Origin: a virus
Lineage: Duplodnaviria; Caudoviricetes
IMG/VR virus record: IMGVR_UViG_3300028591_000083
Location: 64,001-128,000 of that record
Strand: one strand, 5' to 3'
DNA length: 64,000 nt
Shown piece by piece: positions 47,333 through 56,680 of this stretch; the first letter of the stretch is position 1, and each line of letters begins with the position of its first letter. A program made the translations under genes and the position numbers. The notes under the pieces are model-generated. The model was not told where the DNA came from and searched no databases. It was given only the letters and a program-made list of their open reading frames with translations.

Positions 47333-47620
47333 TTATTTAATATGTAGGTTATGTTTCCATGTAAATTTTCCAATATCGTTTTCTTCCGGTAAGTATTTAT
47401 CTTTTGGTAGTTCTGGTTTTTTATTCTCGGCAGCACACATTGATAAATAATCATTTACTGCGTTTTCAAAATCAGAAAACATTGTGCTTTTATCATGAAC
47501 ATCAAATAAAATAGTATCACTTAGAAGATATATGACTTTCCCATAAAAGCAATTATCATCCTCCGAATAACAAATAACCGCCTCGTATCCCCTATATGAA
47601 AGAAGTGCTGTAATTTTCAC
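47333..47620 (-). CDS. orphan HicB-family antitoxin (N-terminal domain only)
   Basis: YRGY.A.I.YSEDD.CFYGKV...D.I.F....FENAVNDYL..C....KP. Confidence 0.75.
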   Translation of the reverse strand: MKITALLSYRGYEAVICYSEDDNCFYGKVIYLLSDTILFDVHDKSTMFSDFENAVNDYLSMCAAENKKPELPKDKYLPEENDIGKFTWKHNLHIK

Positions 47621-48183
47621 AATATCGCATCCCTTACATAATATTTATTGAAATCATCGTCCTTAAACATATCAGAAACAACAGATGTTTCTCTGAGATA
47701 TCTGGATGTATTTGTTACAACTCTGAGTTCCACACAAATATTACTCAGGATTTTTGAATAGTCTTCGTAAGTTGCGTACATTGGTCTTTTCGGCAAAATC
47801 CAATAAGGACTATCTGGATTTGAAATAACAAGTTCGTAGTCCTTATTATTATTGAATCTAAAGTGGATTGTGTATTCTCGGTCATCATATCCATGACCTA
47901 CAACTTCGTGTACTTTTACTTTATCAATGATTCCGAAATATCCCTCAATGTGAACTTCCAGTCGCCGCTTGCACTGATCCTGCTTATTCTTATCAGAAGT
48001 AGACATATAATCTTTAGCTGCATTGATGATACCATCAAAAGAATTACGAATCAGATCAATAGCTATTTCAAGTTCTTCCTTTGCTGCAAGATTCAATCTC
48101 AATAGAACAGAATCATATTCTTCTTTTAGCTTCAAACGCTCTTTCTTAATGAGAACATAAGGGCAGTATTCATTCATTTTCAT
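47617..48183 (-). CDS. hypothetical protein
   Basis: ORF. Confidence 0.7.
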   Translation of the reverse strand: MKMNEYCPYVLIKKERLKLKEEYDSVLLRLNLAAKEELEIAIDLIRNSFDGIINAAKDYMSTSDKNKQDQCKRRLEVHIEGYFGIIDKVKVHEVVGHGYDDREYTIHFRFNNNKDYELVISNPDSPYWILPKRPMYATYEDYSKILSNICVELRVVTNTSRYLRETSVVSDMFKDDDFNKYYVRDAIL

Positions 48184-48475
48184 TATCCTCCGTTTCTGCC
48201 ATCAACCAGACATTGCATCTGAGTGTATCAATATGCTTTTTCGCGCTATTCATAGTATATAGGTTTTTATTATATTCAGTTAAAATGTGGTAAAGTTCCT
48301 CCAAAATCGTATCTTCTTCTTTTTCAGAATCCATTAAAGACATTATAGCGTTATCTGTAGATTCTACAGCAGCAACACATTCCTTAATAATATTAATCAT
48401 ATATTGTTTTCTTGTTTTAAGAAAATCTCTAAGCTCTTCTTTAGTGTATTCAGTAACGGATGTATATTCATTCAT
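48170..48475 (-). CDS. hypothetical protein
   Basis: ORF with RBS. Confidence 0.7.
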   Translation of the reverse strand: MNEYTSVTEYTKEELRDFLKTRKQYMINIIKECVAAVESTDNAIMSLMDSEKEEDTILEELYHILTEYNKNLYTMNSAKKHIDTLRCNVWLMAETEDNENE

Positions 48476-48723
48476 TTTCCAGTACCTCCAACTCGCTTAC
48501 TGATTCTCTCAATTTCCTCTTTGCTTCTGCCGTAGAATGGATTTTCTTCTCTCCGTGCTGCAACAGCAATTCTGGTTTTTTCATTTCTTACGATATCACG
48601 CATATCAAGATTTTCAATAAGTTTTGCGAGTTCCTTTGCTTGATCATGCATATCAGATTTATCCTTAATGTCGTGAAAAATGGATTCCAGAAGATCAATT
48701 TCACCTTTTCTGATGTTTGCCAT
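48472..48723 (-). CDS. hypothetical early protein
   Basis: ORF with RBS after promoter. Confidence 0.7.
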   Translation of the reverse strand: MANIRKGEIDLLESIFHDIKDKSDMHDQAKELAKLIENLDMRDIVRNEKTRIAVAARREENPFYGRSKEEIERISKRVGGTGK

Positions 48724-48759
48724 TGTCTATGCCTCCTGACTTGTGTATTTACATAATAT

Positions 48760-48788
48760 AGTATAACATATATTTTACGTTTTGTCAA
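48760..48788 (-). promoter_or_regulatory. sigma70-type early promoter
   Basis: TTGACA-N17-TATACT. Confidence 0.85.
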
Positions 48789-48829
48789 GTCTTTTCTAAA
48801 ATGTTTTTTATTTAAGTATGTGCGGTTTT

Positions 48830-49975
48830 TTACGCCGCACACACCTTGCATCTAGTAAGAATTGTTTGCTTTTCAAGTTTGTATTCCTTATGATCTTTAA
48901 CAGTACCTTTAAGCGTTACATTGCTTCCACTTTCAAGGCTAATTGCCGTGCTTGTTTTCCAAATGTAAATATTTCCAGATTCATCAACAAACTTGTAAAT
49001 TCTCACGTAACCAAACTCTGTGTCATAACCGCCAGCAAGATTCATTTCAGCGTTTACTGTGATCTTTTCACCAACAGTACCAACATAATTGGAATTCTTT
49101 GCAGCTTCTTCCATTTTAGCTCTCTCAGCAAGTCTCTCAATAATCTTTTTATACAGTGTATATGCATAAGCAACAAAACCATTTTCTCTTACAATAGGCA
49201 TTCTGCCGGTAACATAAAGTCTGATATTATGCTCAAAGTTATCTGTTGTTTCATAAGTTTCAAAGAACTCAGCAACTTCCTTTGCTTTGTCAATGTACTT
49301 CTGCTCGATTGTAGTGTTCCTCTTTGCCTCGAAAATTGCTTCTTCTTTCATCGTCTTGAAGTAACCTTTAGCTTCTGTCATCTTAATGCATCTTGCCAGA
49401 TAATCAATAGTGTCAAAACATCTGTTGTAAATGTGCATTTCTGTGTCGTGGATTTCCTCTGTGATATCATTGAGGATTTCATTGATGCTGTAAAGATATC
49501 CTGCAAAAGAGTCTGTTCTAACTCCGATAAAGTCTTTCAGACAAGTTTTGCCGACCATAATTTCATTTCCTGTTTCGTTGTCAATGATAACAACTGCTTT
49601 TGCTCTGTTGTGATTTCTACGGCAGTGATCGCATCTGAGGGCTTCTGTTGTATATTGTGCATAATCAAAGTTATCATCAATCGCGTAAACAAGATTTCCA
49701 TTTTCCAGTGTTCTTTCCAGAACAGCACCAAGTCTGTAGTTGCCAATCTTGTACTCATCAAAGTCAAGATCAAATTCAACACACTCAACCATCATGCTAT
49801 CAATTTTATGCTTTGCCTGAGTGATAGGATCAATCGTGTAGATCGGCACTTCCTTTACAAACTCATTCAGCTTAGTGAAGGTATGTGCAATGTGAAGAAC
49901 GTCCATCTTCTTGAACAGTCTGTTCAGTTTCTTTTCCAGTTCCTCGAACTTGACTTTTGTTGTCTCGTACTTCAT
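48830..49975 (-). CDS. conserved phage early protein, Zn-binding motif + C-terminal OB-fold-like domain
   Basis: CDHC..R...VG.TC; GTVGEK...DESGN...WK...LKGTVK.H.EY...KQT.LTR. Confidence 0.75.
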   Translation of the reverse strand: MKYETTKVKFEELEKKLNRLFKKMDVLHIAHTFTKLNEFVKEVPIYTIDPITQAKHKIDSMMVECVEFDLDFDEYKIGNYRLGAVLERTLENGNLVYAIDDNFDYAQYTTEALRCDHCRRNHNRAKAVVIIDNETGNEIMVGKTCLKDFIGVRTDSFAGYLYSINEILNDITEEIHDTEMHIYNRCFDTIDYLARCIKMTEAKGYFKTMKEEAIFEAKRNTTIEQKYIDKAKEVAEFFETYETTDNFEHNIRLYVTGRMPIVRENGFVAYAYTLYKKIIERLAERAKMEEAAKNSNYVGTVGEKITVNAEMNLAGGYDTEFGYVRIYKFVDESGNIYIWKTSTAISLESGSNVTLKGTVKDHKEYKLEKQTILTRCKVCAA

Positions 49976-50020
49976 ATTAACAACCTCCTTGACTTTGGTT
50001 ATCCTTTACCTTACAAATAT

Positions 50021-50049
50021 AGTATAACATATTTATAGTAAAAAGTCAA
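50021..50049 (-). promoter_or_regulatory. sigma70-type early promoter
   Basis: TTGACT-N17-TATACT. Confidence 0.85.
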
Positions 50050-50071
50050 GTCTTTTCGAGAAAATAAAAGA

Positions 50072-50103
50072 AAAAACTCCCACAAATATTTGCAGGAGTT
50101 TTT
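50072..50103 (-). terminator. intrinsic terminator
   Basis: AAAAACTCC..GGAGTTTTT. Confidence 0.75.
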
Positions 50104-50247
50104 GTGTATATTGTATACATTCAAATGTTTTTTAATTTTGTACGAACTTCGTTAAAATAATCCATCTTAAATGTTGAGATGTTTTCCTGAACCTTGTCAA
50201 GACCGCCAATTATTACCTGTCGTGCATACCGCATAAGATTTCATCCC

Positions 50248-50661
50248 TTATTTACATATACTTATAAATTCAGACAGAGTTCTGCTTTTATATATTTTGT
50301 CGGTATAGTTTGACCGAAGAACAAAGTCCCCATTGAAGTAATCCTCAATATCTCCAACGACACTATCCCACTCGTCTTCGTCAGAATATAAATATTCAAT
50401 ATTATCAATATTATTCTTTATGAATTCAGCAGCTTGTAAACTTGTAAATGCATCAACATCATACAGTTTATTAAATATACTAATAGTATACCTGTCAGCA
50501 TGATTCATATATTCTCTATCTTCATCTTCAAGCATATCTGAGTCAGAATCGCTTTGAATATCTGGAACTACTATATCTTTATTTCTATGTATAATGTAAT
50601 TCAAACCACATATAATATCTTCCTTGTATTGATTAAAGTCTAACACATGAATCACCTCCAA
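50248..50661 (-). CDS. acidic hypothetical protein
   Basis: ORF after promoter. Confidence 0.7.
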   Translation of the reverse strand: MEVIHVLDFNQYKEDIICGLNYIIHRNKDIVVPDIQSDSDSDMLEDEDREYMNHADRYTISIFNKLYDVDAFTSLQAAEFIKNNIDNIEYLYSDEDEWDSVVGDIEDYFNGDFVLRSNYTDKIYKSRTLSEFISICK

Positions 50662-50669
50662 CTATACAT

Positions 50670-50698
50670 AGTATAACACATATTCTCTAAATTGTCAA
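50670..50698 (-). promoter_or_regulatory. sigma70-type early promoter
   Basis: TTGACA-N17-TATACT. Confidence 0.85.
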
Positions 50699-50712
50699 TA
50701 TGTATATTAAAC

Positions 50713-50742
50713 AAAAACCGCCAGTAATATTTTGGCGGTTTT
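50713..50742 (-). terminator. intrinsic terminator
   Basis: AAAACCGCCA..TGGCGGTTTT. Confidence 0.8.
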
Positions 50743-50764
50743 GTATATGTATACTGTATGCGTT

Positions 50765-51343
50765 TTACCAACGATCTGGATTGTTTTTATAGTAAAGGTC
50801 TTCATCAAACTCATTGATAATTTCTTCGGCTTTCTCACCGTACTCGTATTCATAATTGGTGTCAATAGCATCCTGTCTGATTTCTTCAAGTTCATCAAAG
50901 TATTCTCTATTATTCTCAATAAAGTCAGCTACCTCAAAAAAGCGGATATCATCAATATCATACTGATATTTAGGATCATCCTCATCTCTATTGGCATAAT
51001 CAAGTGCAAGCTGTTTAAGTTCATCTGTTGTCATACCAAGAGCATCTGCAATGTCATCCTCATCATTCCAGAAATCCGTCCAATCCTCATAACGCTGTTT
51101 GTCAGTGAACAGAACATAATGGTCATCATCTAGCCAAGAGTTTCCGCCAACATTGGTAAAATCTTCAAGAGTTCCATTCATGTTATCATCAACATAAAGA
51201 TAAACGTCAGTCTGATAAGAATTCTGATCTTTGTCAAACTGTTTTAATTTCTGGATAATCTCATCTCTTAGCTGTTCAGCGTTATTTAAATCATAAAAAC
51301 TTTTAAGACGATTTTCATTCTCATAGATAAGTTTCATAATCAA
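50765..51343 (-). CDS. very acidic protein, putative capsid-packaged
   Basis: MKLIYEN leader; D/E-rich; upstream CAAAAAGAAAC-N9-ACAATATCCATGT element. Confidence 0.75.
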   Translation of the reverse strand: MIMKLIYENENRLKSFYDLNNAEQLRDEIIQKLKQFDKDQNSYQTDVYLYVDDNMNGTLEDFTNVGGNSWLDDDHYVLFTDKQRYEDWTDFWNDEDDIADALGMTTDELKQLALDYANRDEDDPKYQYDIDDIRFFEVADFIENNREYFDELEEIRQDAIDTNYEYEYGEKAEEIINEFDEDLYYKNNPDRW

Positions 51344-51439
51344 TCATTTCCTTTCATATAATCGCTGTAACCCTGTATTTGGTTACATGGATATTGTATA
51401 TGATATGTTTCTTTTTGATTTCCGGAATAAATAAATATT

Positions 51440-51841
51440 TTAATATGGGTTGGAAAACTCAGCTTCATGCATATCTAGGATTTCCTCGCACTCTTTAAGA
51501 TGTTCCTCTGTTTGCTTAAATCTATTCTTCCAGTATTCTTCATGTTCTTTATGATATTTTACCTGCTTACACAAGAATGCAATGATATCAAAGATTCCAT
51601 AATTTTCTACAATACGATCATAGACTTCCGGCGAGAATAATTTATACTGCTCAAACAATCTAATGAGTTCATTTTTACTTGGTGTATTAGGTGTTTCTTC
51701 TTTAAGTTCCTTAATTCTGCTACAGAGTAATTTTATAATATCACCTAGTGAGTTATCAATGATATTACTAACTTCTGAACAACTGTAAGTTGACATAGTT
51801 TCAATAAGATTATCTCTTGCAATAGATTCAACTGCTTTCAT
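51440..51841 (-). CDS. hypothetical protein
   Basis: ORF with RBS. Confidence 0.7.
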   Translation of the reverse strand: MKAVESIARDNLIETMSTYSCSEVSNIIDNSLGDIIKLLCSRIKELKEETPNTPSKNELIRLFEQYKLFSPEVYDRIVENYGIFDIIAFLCKQVKYHKEHEEYWKNRFKQTEEHLKECEEILDMHEAEFSNPY

Positions 51842-51991
51842 TTTTCTTCCTCCTTATACTTTTTCAATTCTTCACAAAGATTACGTATAATTTCATCCGA
51901 AGACATATTCACAAACCAATTCATCACTGTATCTTCATTATATAGTTCGCTGTCTATCAGGATATTTAAGATTTCTTGTTGTGTTATAAGA

Positions 51992-52210
51992 TCAAGCATC
52001 CTTAATCACTCTCTCTTTCAAATAAAGATCAATATAGGTTTTACCACACTCATTGCATGGATACTTATAAAAATACTCACATCTTTGACAAACTGGTTTA
52101 ACTGTCCAGTGTGGCGGATACCCAATATTTGATTCACTGATTTCATAATTACTATATTTACCACTATTAATGACTTCCTTAATTAGATTGGTTAGCTTCT
52201 TCATAGCCAA
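51992..52210 (-). CDS. hypothetical protein (5' end uncertain)
   Basis: frame extends upstream to about 52300 without an in-frame ATG. Confidence 0.5.
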   Translation of the reverse strand: MAMKKLTNLIKEVINSGKYSNYEISESNIGYPPHWTVKPVCQRCEYFYKYPCNECGKTYIDLYLKERVIKDA

Positions 52211-52315
52211 TTCTTTTGTTTCAAAAATACCAAGATCTTCTAAAATAGTTTCTTCTTCTGACCTTAAATTTGAAACAAGTTGAACAATTACATAACCCCC
52301 TTTTACGCATTAGTA

Positions 52316-52759
52316 TCAACCTACTTTCATAAAATCATCAATAAAGTCAACAAGTTCTTCTACTTCTGCAATGACTTCATGAATCCCGTAAGAATGACCT
52401 CTTTCCCATGCCTTTGCGAAAATAAGGTCTGCTTTCTTTTTAAGATTGTCAGGATGAATAAGTTCTGCATCTGCACCGGGAAAAATAGTTTTAAGTTCAT
52501 CTGCAATTAAACTAATAACCGTATTTTTTGCTAAGTCAAATTCATCTTTATGTTCTTTAATGAGTCTTTTTTGTTCTTCTTTATATTCTTTATTCTTTCT
52601 TTTTACTTCTTCACGATTCCATTTTACAGATTTTTCTTCGTCAAAAACATGACCTTCCTTATACATTGCAAATTTTTCATGATCTGGAAAGGCTGACATT
52701 TTATCAATTTTCTCAAACCATTCAATAATTGGTTTCCAATTTCCATATTCAAAAGTCAT
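52316..52759 (-). CDS. hypothetical phage protein
   Basis: VFDEEKSVKWNREEV, AWERGHSYG. Confidence 0.75.
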   Translation of the reverse strand: MTFEYGNWKPIIEWFEKIDKMSAFPDHEKFAMYKEGHVFDEEKSVKWNREEVKRKNKEYKEEQKRLIKEHKDEFDLAKNTVISLIADELKTIFPGADAELIHPDNLKKKADLIFAKAWERGHSYGIHEVIAEVEELVDFIDDFMKVG

Positions 52760-52939
52760 AAGTTACTCCTTATAATTACTTACAAATTCCAGTGTTCTTT
52801 GATATGCTGATTTTTTATGTTTCTCTGCTTTGAAACGAACAAAGTGCAAGGCTTGATTAAAACTATATGCTTGAGTATAATATCTTACTCCCCTATATCT
52901 TATTATATACAGTGATTTGTCCTTCAACTCTAACTCACC

Positions 52940-53302
52940 TCATTTATAAAAATACCTATCAATAAGTTGTTGCATATTTTCTTTTCCGACTGGATTCATC
53001 GTGTGAAGTCTGAACTTGAATTTTTCTGTTGTATATCCAATCTCAATCATCCACAAGATTATTTTATAGGCATCTCCGCCATCTTCTGCAAAATCTAAAA
53101 GGTCATGATCTAGGTCAAGGAGATATCCGTCATATCTATTTTGTTTAATTGCCATTTCAAGTAATAGTTTTGCATAGTTTACGGATTTTGCTCTGTATGT
53201 GATATAAGTGTTCATTCCGAACTCCGGTTCTTCACGTACACAATGCCGAACATTGATTTCCGGAATAGGACGCAGATCATCTAACCAAACGTACATAATC
53301 AC
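52940..53302 (-). CDS. cyclic-phosphate-processing receiver-like domain protein
   Basis: WLDDLRP, LDLDHDL, HTMNPVG..NM. Confidence 0.75.
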   Translation of the reverse strand: MIMYVWLDDLRPIPEINVRHCVREEPEFGMNTYITYRAKSVNYAKLLLEMAIKQNRYDGYLLDLDHDLLDFAEDGGDAYKIILWMIEIGYTTEKFKFRLHTMNPVGKENMQQLIDRYFYK

Positions 53303-53319
53303 GTTTTATCTACCTCCAA

Positions 53320-53553
53320 TCAGATTGCGAATTCATTATAAACTCGCTGTCTGTAATATCCGATATAATACGGCTTCATGTTTTTAGTCAATTCCCCGTA
53401 CTTTTTGAATTCAGATTTTTCAATCTTATGGTTTTCTTTAAGATCACCGTGAAGATATCCGTGCTCATCAAAATAAGAGTTTTCAAGTTCCTCTACCATT
53501 ACGGACAGGATCTTTCCACTCTTTCCGCCTCTGATAATCTGTACTCTATTCAT
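53320..53553 (-). CDS. hypothetical early protein
   Basis: ORF with RBS after promoter. Confidence 0.7.
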   Translation of the reverse strand: MNRVQIIRGGKSGKILSVMVEELENSYFDEHGYLHGDLKENHKIEKSEFKKYGELTKNMKPYYIGYYRQRVYNEFAI

Positions 53554-53600
53554 TGTGTTTCCTCCTATTTGACATCTTTATTCCTTTTGCTTACAAATAT

Positions 53601-53629
53601 AGTATAACACATTTTATTGAAAATGTCAA
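53601..53629 (-). promoter_or_regulatory. sigma70-type early promoter
   Basis: TTGACA-N17-TATACT. Confidence 0.85.
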
Positions 53630-53651
53630 GTCTTTTCAGAAAATAAAAGAT

Positions 53652-53682
53652 AAAATCCATGCCAAAATATGACATGGATTTT
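53652..53682 (-). terminator. intrinsic terminator
   Basis: AAAATCCATG..CATGGATTTT. Confidence 0.8.
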
Positions 53683-53702
53683 TGTTGAATATATACAAAG
53701 AA

Positions 53703-54014
53703 TTAAAAATAATCAAACCATTTGACTGCCTTGAACGGCTTATCTTCTGAATCATAAAAGCAAGGATCAGTGTTTTCTGACTCACTGTAAAAGGAACCGA
53801 TTTCAATGATATGATTTTCATCTTCCATCATAATAGCTCTGTCATAGTTATCTTCCGGAAGTTCTTTATCTACATCATGCCATAGATCGGCATCTTCAAC
53901 ATCTACTATCATATCCAGCACATCTGAATATGCTTTTCTCGCTTCTCCTTGTGAGTTCTTGTACTTATTTTGTACTTTTTCAAAAATGTCATCTGCAAAA
54001 ATAATTCTTTTCAT
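53703..54014 (-). CDS. hypothetical, DUF551-like C-terminus
   Basis: WHDV...LPE...VKW. Confidence 0.7.
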   Translation of the reverse strand: MKRIIFADDIFEKVQNKYKNSQGEARKAYSDVLDMIVDVEDADLWHDVDKELPEDNYDRAIMMEDENHIIEIGSFYSESENTDPCFYDSEDKPFKAVKWFDYF

Positions 54015-54034
54015 TGTTAGGTTTCCTCCTTGTT

Positions 54035-54400
54035 TTAAAACCCTTCTGGTAAATCTTTCGGGTAGTATTCACCACACCACAAACCAGTTGGATTTCTATA
54101 AGTACAACTGTCTCCGCAATATTTACAATCCTTACAGGTTGGCTCGTTTTTAGGGTTTATATAGTTTCGATATTCATCTAAATATTTTTGTATTACTTCT
54201 TTTGTTTCATTCGTAACCTTTGAGTCTTTCATATTGCTAAGTGGAGATGGATAAATTTCATAATCTTTCGACACCCCAATATTCTCCAATTTATTTGCAA
54301 GAATAGCAGAAATAGCAAACATCAGATTTTTATATCCATATTCATCACACAGTTTTTCGATTGTAGTATAATCTAACTTTGAAAGCATTTCCATAGTCAA
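54035..54400 (-). CDS. hypothetical protein, paralog of 816..1076
   Basis: shared pattern plus a CKDCKYC tail. Confidence 0.7.
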   Translation of the reverse strand: MTMEMLSKLDYTTIEKLCDEYGYKNLMFAISAILANKLENIGVSKDYEIYPSPLSNMKDSKVTNETKEVIQKYLDEYRNYINPKNEPTCKDCKYCGDSCTYRNPTGLWCGEYYPKDLPEGF

Positions 54401-55194
54401 TATTCCTCCTCTCTTATTTTCATATCATTCATCGACCGAATATCATTAAGATATCTTTCTGCTTTATCAACATTTCCGTTTACAAATTCATGAACAAGCT
54501 CTTCTAACCTCTGAGGATAACCTATTGGAAGAATATAGTTTTTCTTATTTCTAAAAAACCAATCAATTTCTTTTAGAATTTCCATTGGTAAATTTGTATT
54601 ACAAACTCCGTTCGGCTGCATAAATGGACATTTATGTAGCTTTGGAAATTTTTCACTTGCATTTTGTTTTTCACCATAATACCTTTCCTGACATCCGGCA
54701 TTGCAAATAGTGGAACCAAGCCCCCATTGATTAGGAATAATGTAATAAGAAAAGAAATCATTTATATTATCAAATGTCAAAATAAAGAAATCATTTGTTT
54801 CTTCTGCGTGTTCTGTGATATAATAACAGACCTCAAAAATTGACTTAGTGATATCTCCATATTTATAGGTTTTATCGTATCTAAACGTGAGACTGATATT
54901 TTGATTCACAACTCCACTTTTGTATTCATCAAATGTTCGCTTCTCCTTCTTATCAATAACCACAAATGGAATTTGATACATCATTGTGATCTCAGAAATC
55001 GGCGCGCTTTTTATGTCTGAGATCTTATTTTGCACCATTTCACGGATTCCAAATTTAGGAATAATAATCTGCCCCAATGAGAAAATAACATTGTTAGGAT
55101 CTTGCGTAAAAGGATAAGGATATCCTTTTGTTTCAAACTTATGACTGAATGATAGGAAATTCAAAATATCCTGAAAAGATTTATACTCACTCAT
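54397..55194 (-). CDS. hypothetical protein
   Basis: long ORF with RBS. Confidence 0.75.
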   Translation of the reverse strand: MSEYKSFQDILNFLSFSHKFETKGYPYPFTQDPNNVIFSLGQIIIPKFGIREMVQNKISDIKSAPISEITMMYQIPFVVIDKKEKRTFDEYKSGVVNQNISLTFRYDKTYKYGDITKSIFEVCYYITEHAEETNDFFILTFDNINDFFSYYIIPNQWGLGSTICNAGCQERYYGEKQNASEKFPKLHKCPFMQPNGVCNTNLPMEILKEIDWFFRNKKNYILPIGYPQRLEELVHEFVNGNVDKAERYLNDIRSMNDMKIREEEY

Positions 55195-55237
55195 TATTGA
55201 CTATTCCTCCATGAATTATTTGTTTAGTTTCAACTGA

Positions 55238-55552
55238 CTATGGAAGTGGCATCCAATGTGTTATTTTATCAAGATCCATAAATCCGCAATCAGTATCAAA
55301 AACATCTTCGGAACATAAATATCCAACAACATAATCACAATTACTTTGGCGAAGTAGTACATCCTTATCTTTTTCCGGCAACCTCTCGCTACACGGAATA
55401 CAGAGGTTAGCAGCAGGAATGTCGTTTATTGCCTTATATGCCTTTTCTTCATCAGCTTTTGAAAATGAACTTGCAATGATGTCATACTCTCCAAATAAAA
55501 TCATATCTTCAAGCAATCCGATTACATCAGATCGTCTTATCAAATCATCCAT
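55238..55552 (-). CDS. DUF551-like protein (ends at TAG; read-through would end at 55187)
   Basis: IPCSERLPE..VL...ITHWMPLP. Confidence 0.75.
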   Translation of the reverse strand: MDDLIRRSDVIGLLEDMILFGEYDIIASSFSKADEEKAYKAINDIPAANLCIPCSERLPEKDKDVLLRQSNCDYVVGYLCSEDVFDTDCGFMDLDKITHWMPLP

Positions 55553-55897
55553 TGTCAACAACCTCCTCACTCAGCTTGGACTTGAGATATTCAACTTCCA
55601 GCTCCTTTGCTGCAAGATCATTAATCAAAGTCGTTATCTCGCTATTGAGTTCTCTCTCCTCTGCGTCTTTTTTCTCATAAATATCAATAAGTGCGCATAT
55701 CACTTTTAAGGTTCGTTGCTTAATTATTCTATCTCTATCGTCAATATATATATATTAATATCAAACATGGAATCAAGCTCTTTAACACACCATAGGAGTG
55801 AACCTTCCTCAGCACCGTTATCGGTTGGACCAAATCCATAGATGGCATTTTCATGCTCACTGAAGAACTCAATAACCTTATCGTAATCGTCATTCAT
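55545..55897 (-). pseudogene. 116-aa gene frameshifted at an (AT)6 tract (55744-55755)
   Basis: removing one AT unit gives one ORF overlapping both neighbours. Confidence 0.6.
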
Positions 55898-56268
55898 TCT
55901 GCTACCTCTCCCATCATAACGCTGTCAGCCATATAAAGCTGCACCTCTGTTGGTGTGCGCAAGTCCATCACTGCACCGCAATGCGGACACCGTGAAAAAT
56001 ATTTTGTCAATTCTTGATTGCAGACGGAAACATCAACAGGGACAGGGAATCGTTTACACTCACTGCAAAATGTATTGTTAATCCACCGACCGTGCCTCAC
56101 TGGTTCGGCTTCGATTATGGGCAGTTCTGCAAAAAATCTGTAATTATTACAATTACCAGCAACAAAGTCCGGATGTGTTGAACGCATAGCATTTTCACAC
56201 TTCTCACAATAGCCGCACGTATCACACATCTTTTTCAACGCTGCCTGTCTGTCAATCAGTTCTTGCAT
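55894..56268 (-). CDS. prophage-type protein (LIDR.A / VRHGRW / Zn ribbon)
   Basis: PVRHGRWI..CSEC..CPHCGAVMD. Confidence 0.75.
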   Translation of the reverse strand: MQELIDRQAALKKMCDTCGYCEKCENAMRSTHPDFVAGNCNNYRFFAELPIIEAEPVRHGRWINNTFCSECKRFPVPVDVSVCNQELTKYFSRCPHCGAVMDLRTPTEVQLYMADSVMMGEVAE

Positions 56269-56285
56269 CTCTGTTCACCTCCACC

Positions 56286-56657
56286 TCACTGATAATGATG
56301 CCCATACTTCGTACCGTTCATCGTCCGTGTTGCCCCATTTCCGCAATTTACTCTGCCTTGTCGTGAACGTCCGATGGTATGTGAGCCGATTTGCACGTTC
56401 ACTTCAAGCTGATATACGGCGTCAACATCTTCGTAACAATATTCGCTCTTTGGATTCTCCTCCATATAAGCATCAAGGATTTTCACCCGTGCAATATGTT
56501 TTGCCTTGATGTACTTCCTAAATTCATCAGTCGTGAATACCATCTTCTTCAGCCTCCTCATACAACCAATCAACACGGCAATCGCTGCACGAATCGTGAT
56601 CGCATTCAATTCCTTTTTCCTCACAAGGACAAATCTTGATAATACCTGCAAGCTCAT
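56286..56657 (-). CDS. hypothetical protein (true start probably 56543)
   Basis: ORF. Confidence 0.55.
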   Translation of the reverse strand: MSLQVLSRFVLVRKKELNAITIRAAIAVLIGCMRRLKKMVFTTDEFRKYIKAKHIARVKILDAYMEENPKSEYCYEDVDAVYQLEVNVQIGSHTIGRSRQGRVNCGNGATRTMNGTKYGHHYQ

Positions 56658-56680
56658 CCGCGCTCATTTCTCTGATTCTG

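Noticed and set aside
48818-50038. 406-aa plus-strand ORF
   Set aside because: Antisense shadow of the 381-aa minus-strand gene; no RBS or promoter, and composition is not protein-like
52290-52310. Programmed frameshift at AAAAGGGGG joining ATG 52310 to the 51992 ORF
   Set aside because: Needs a +1 shift with no stimulator visible; a homopolymer indel is simpler
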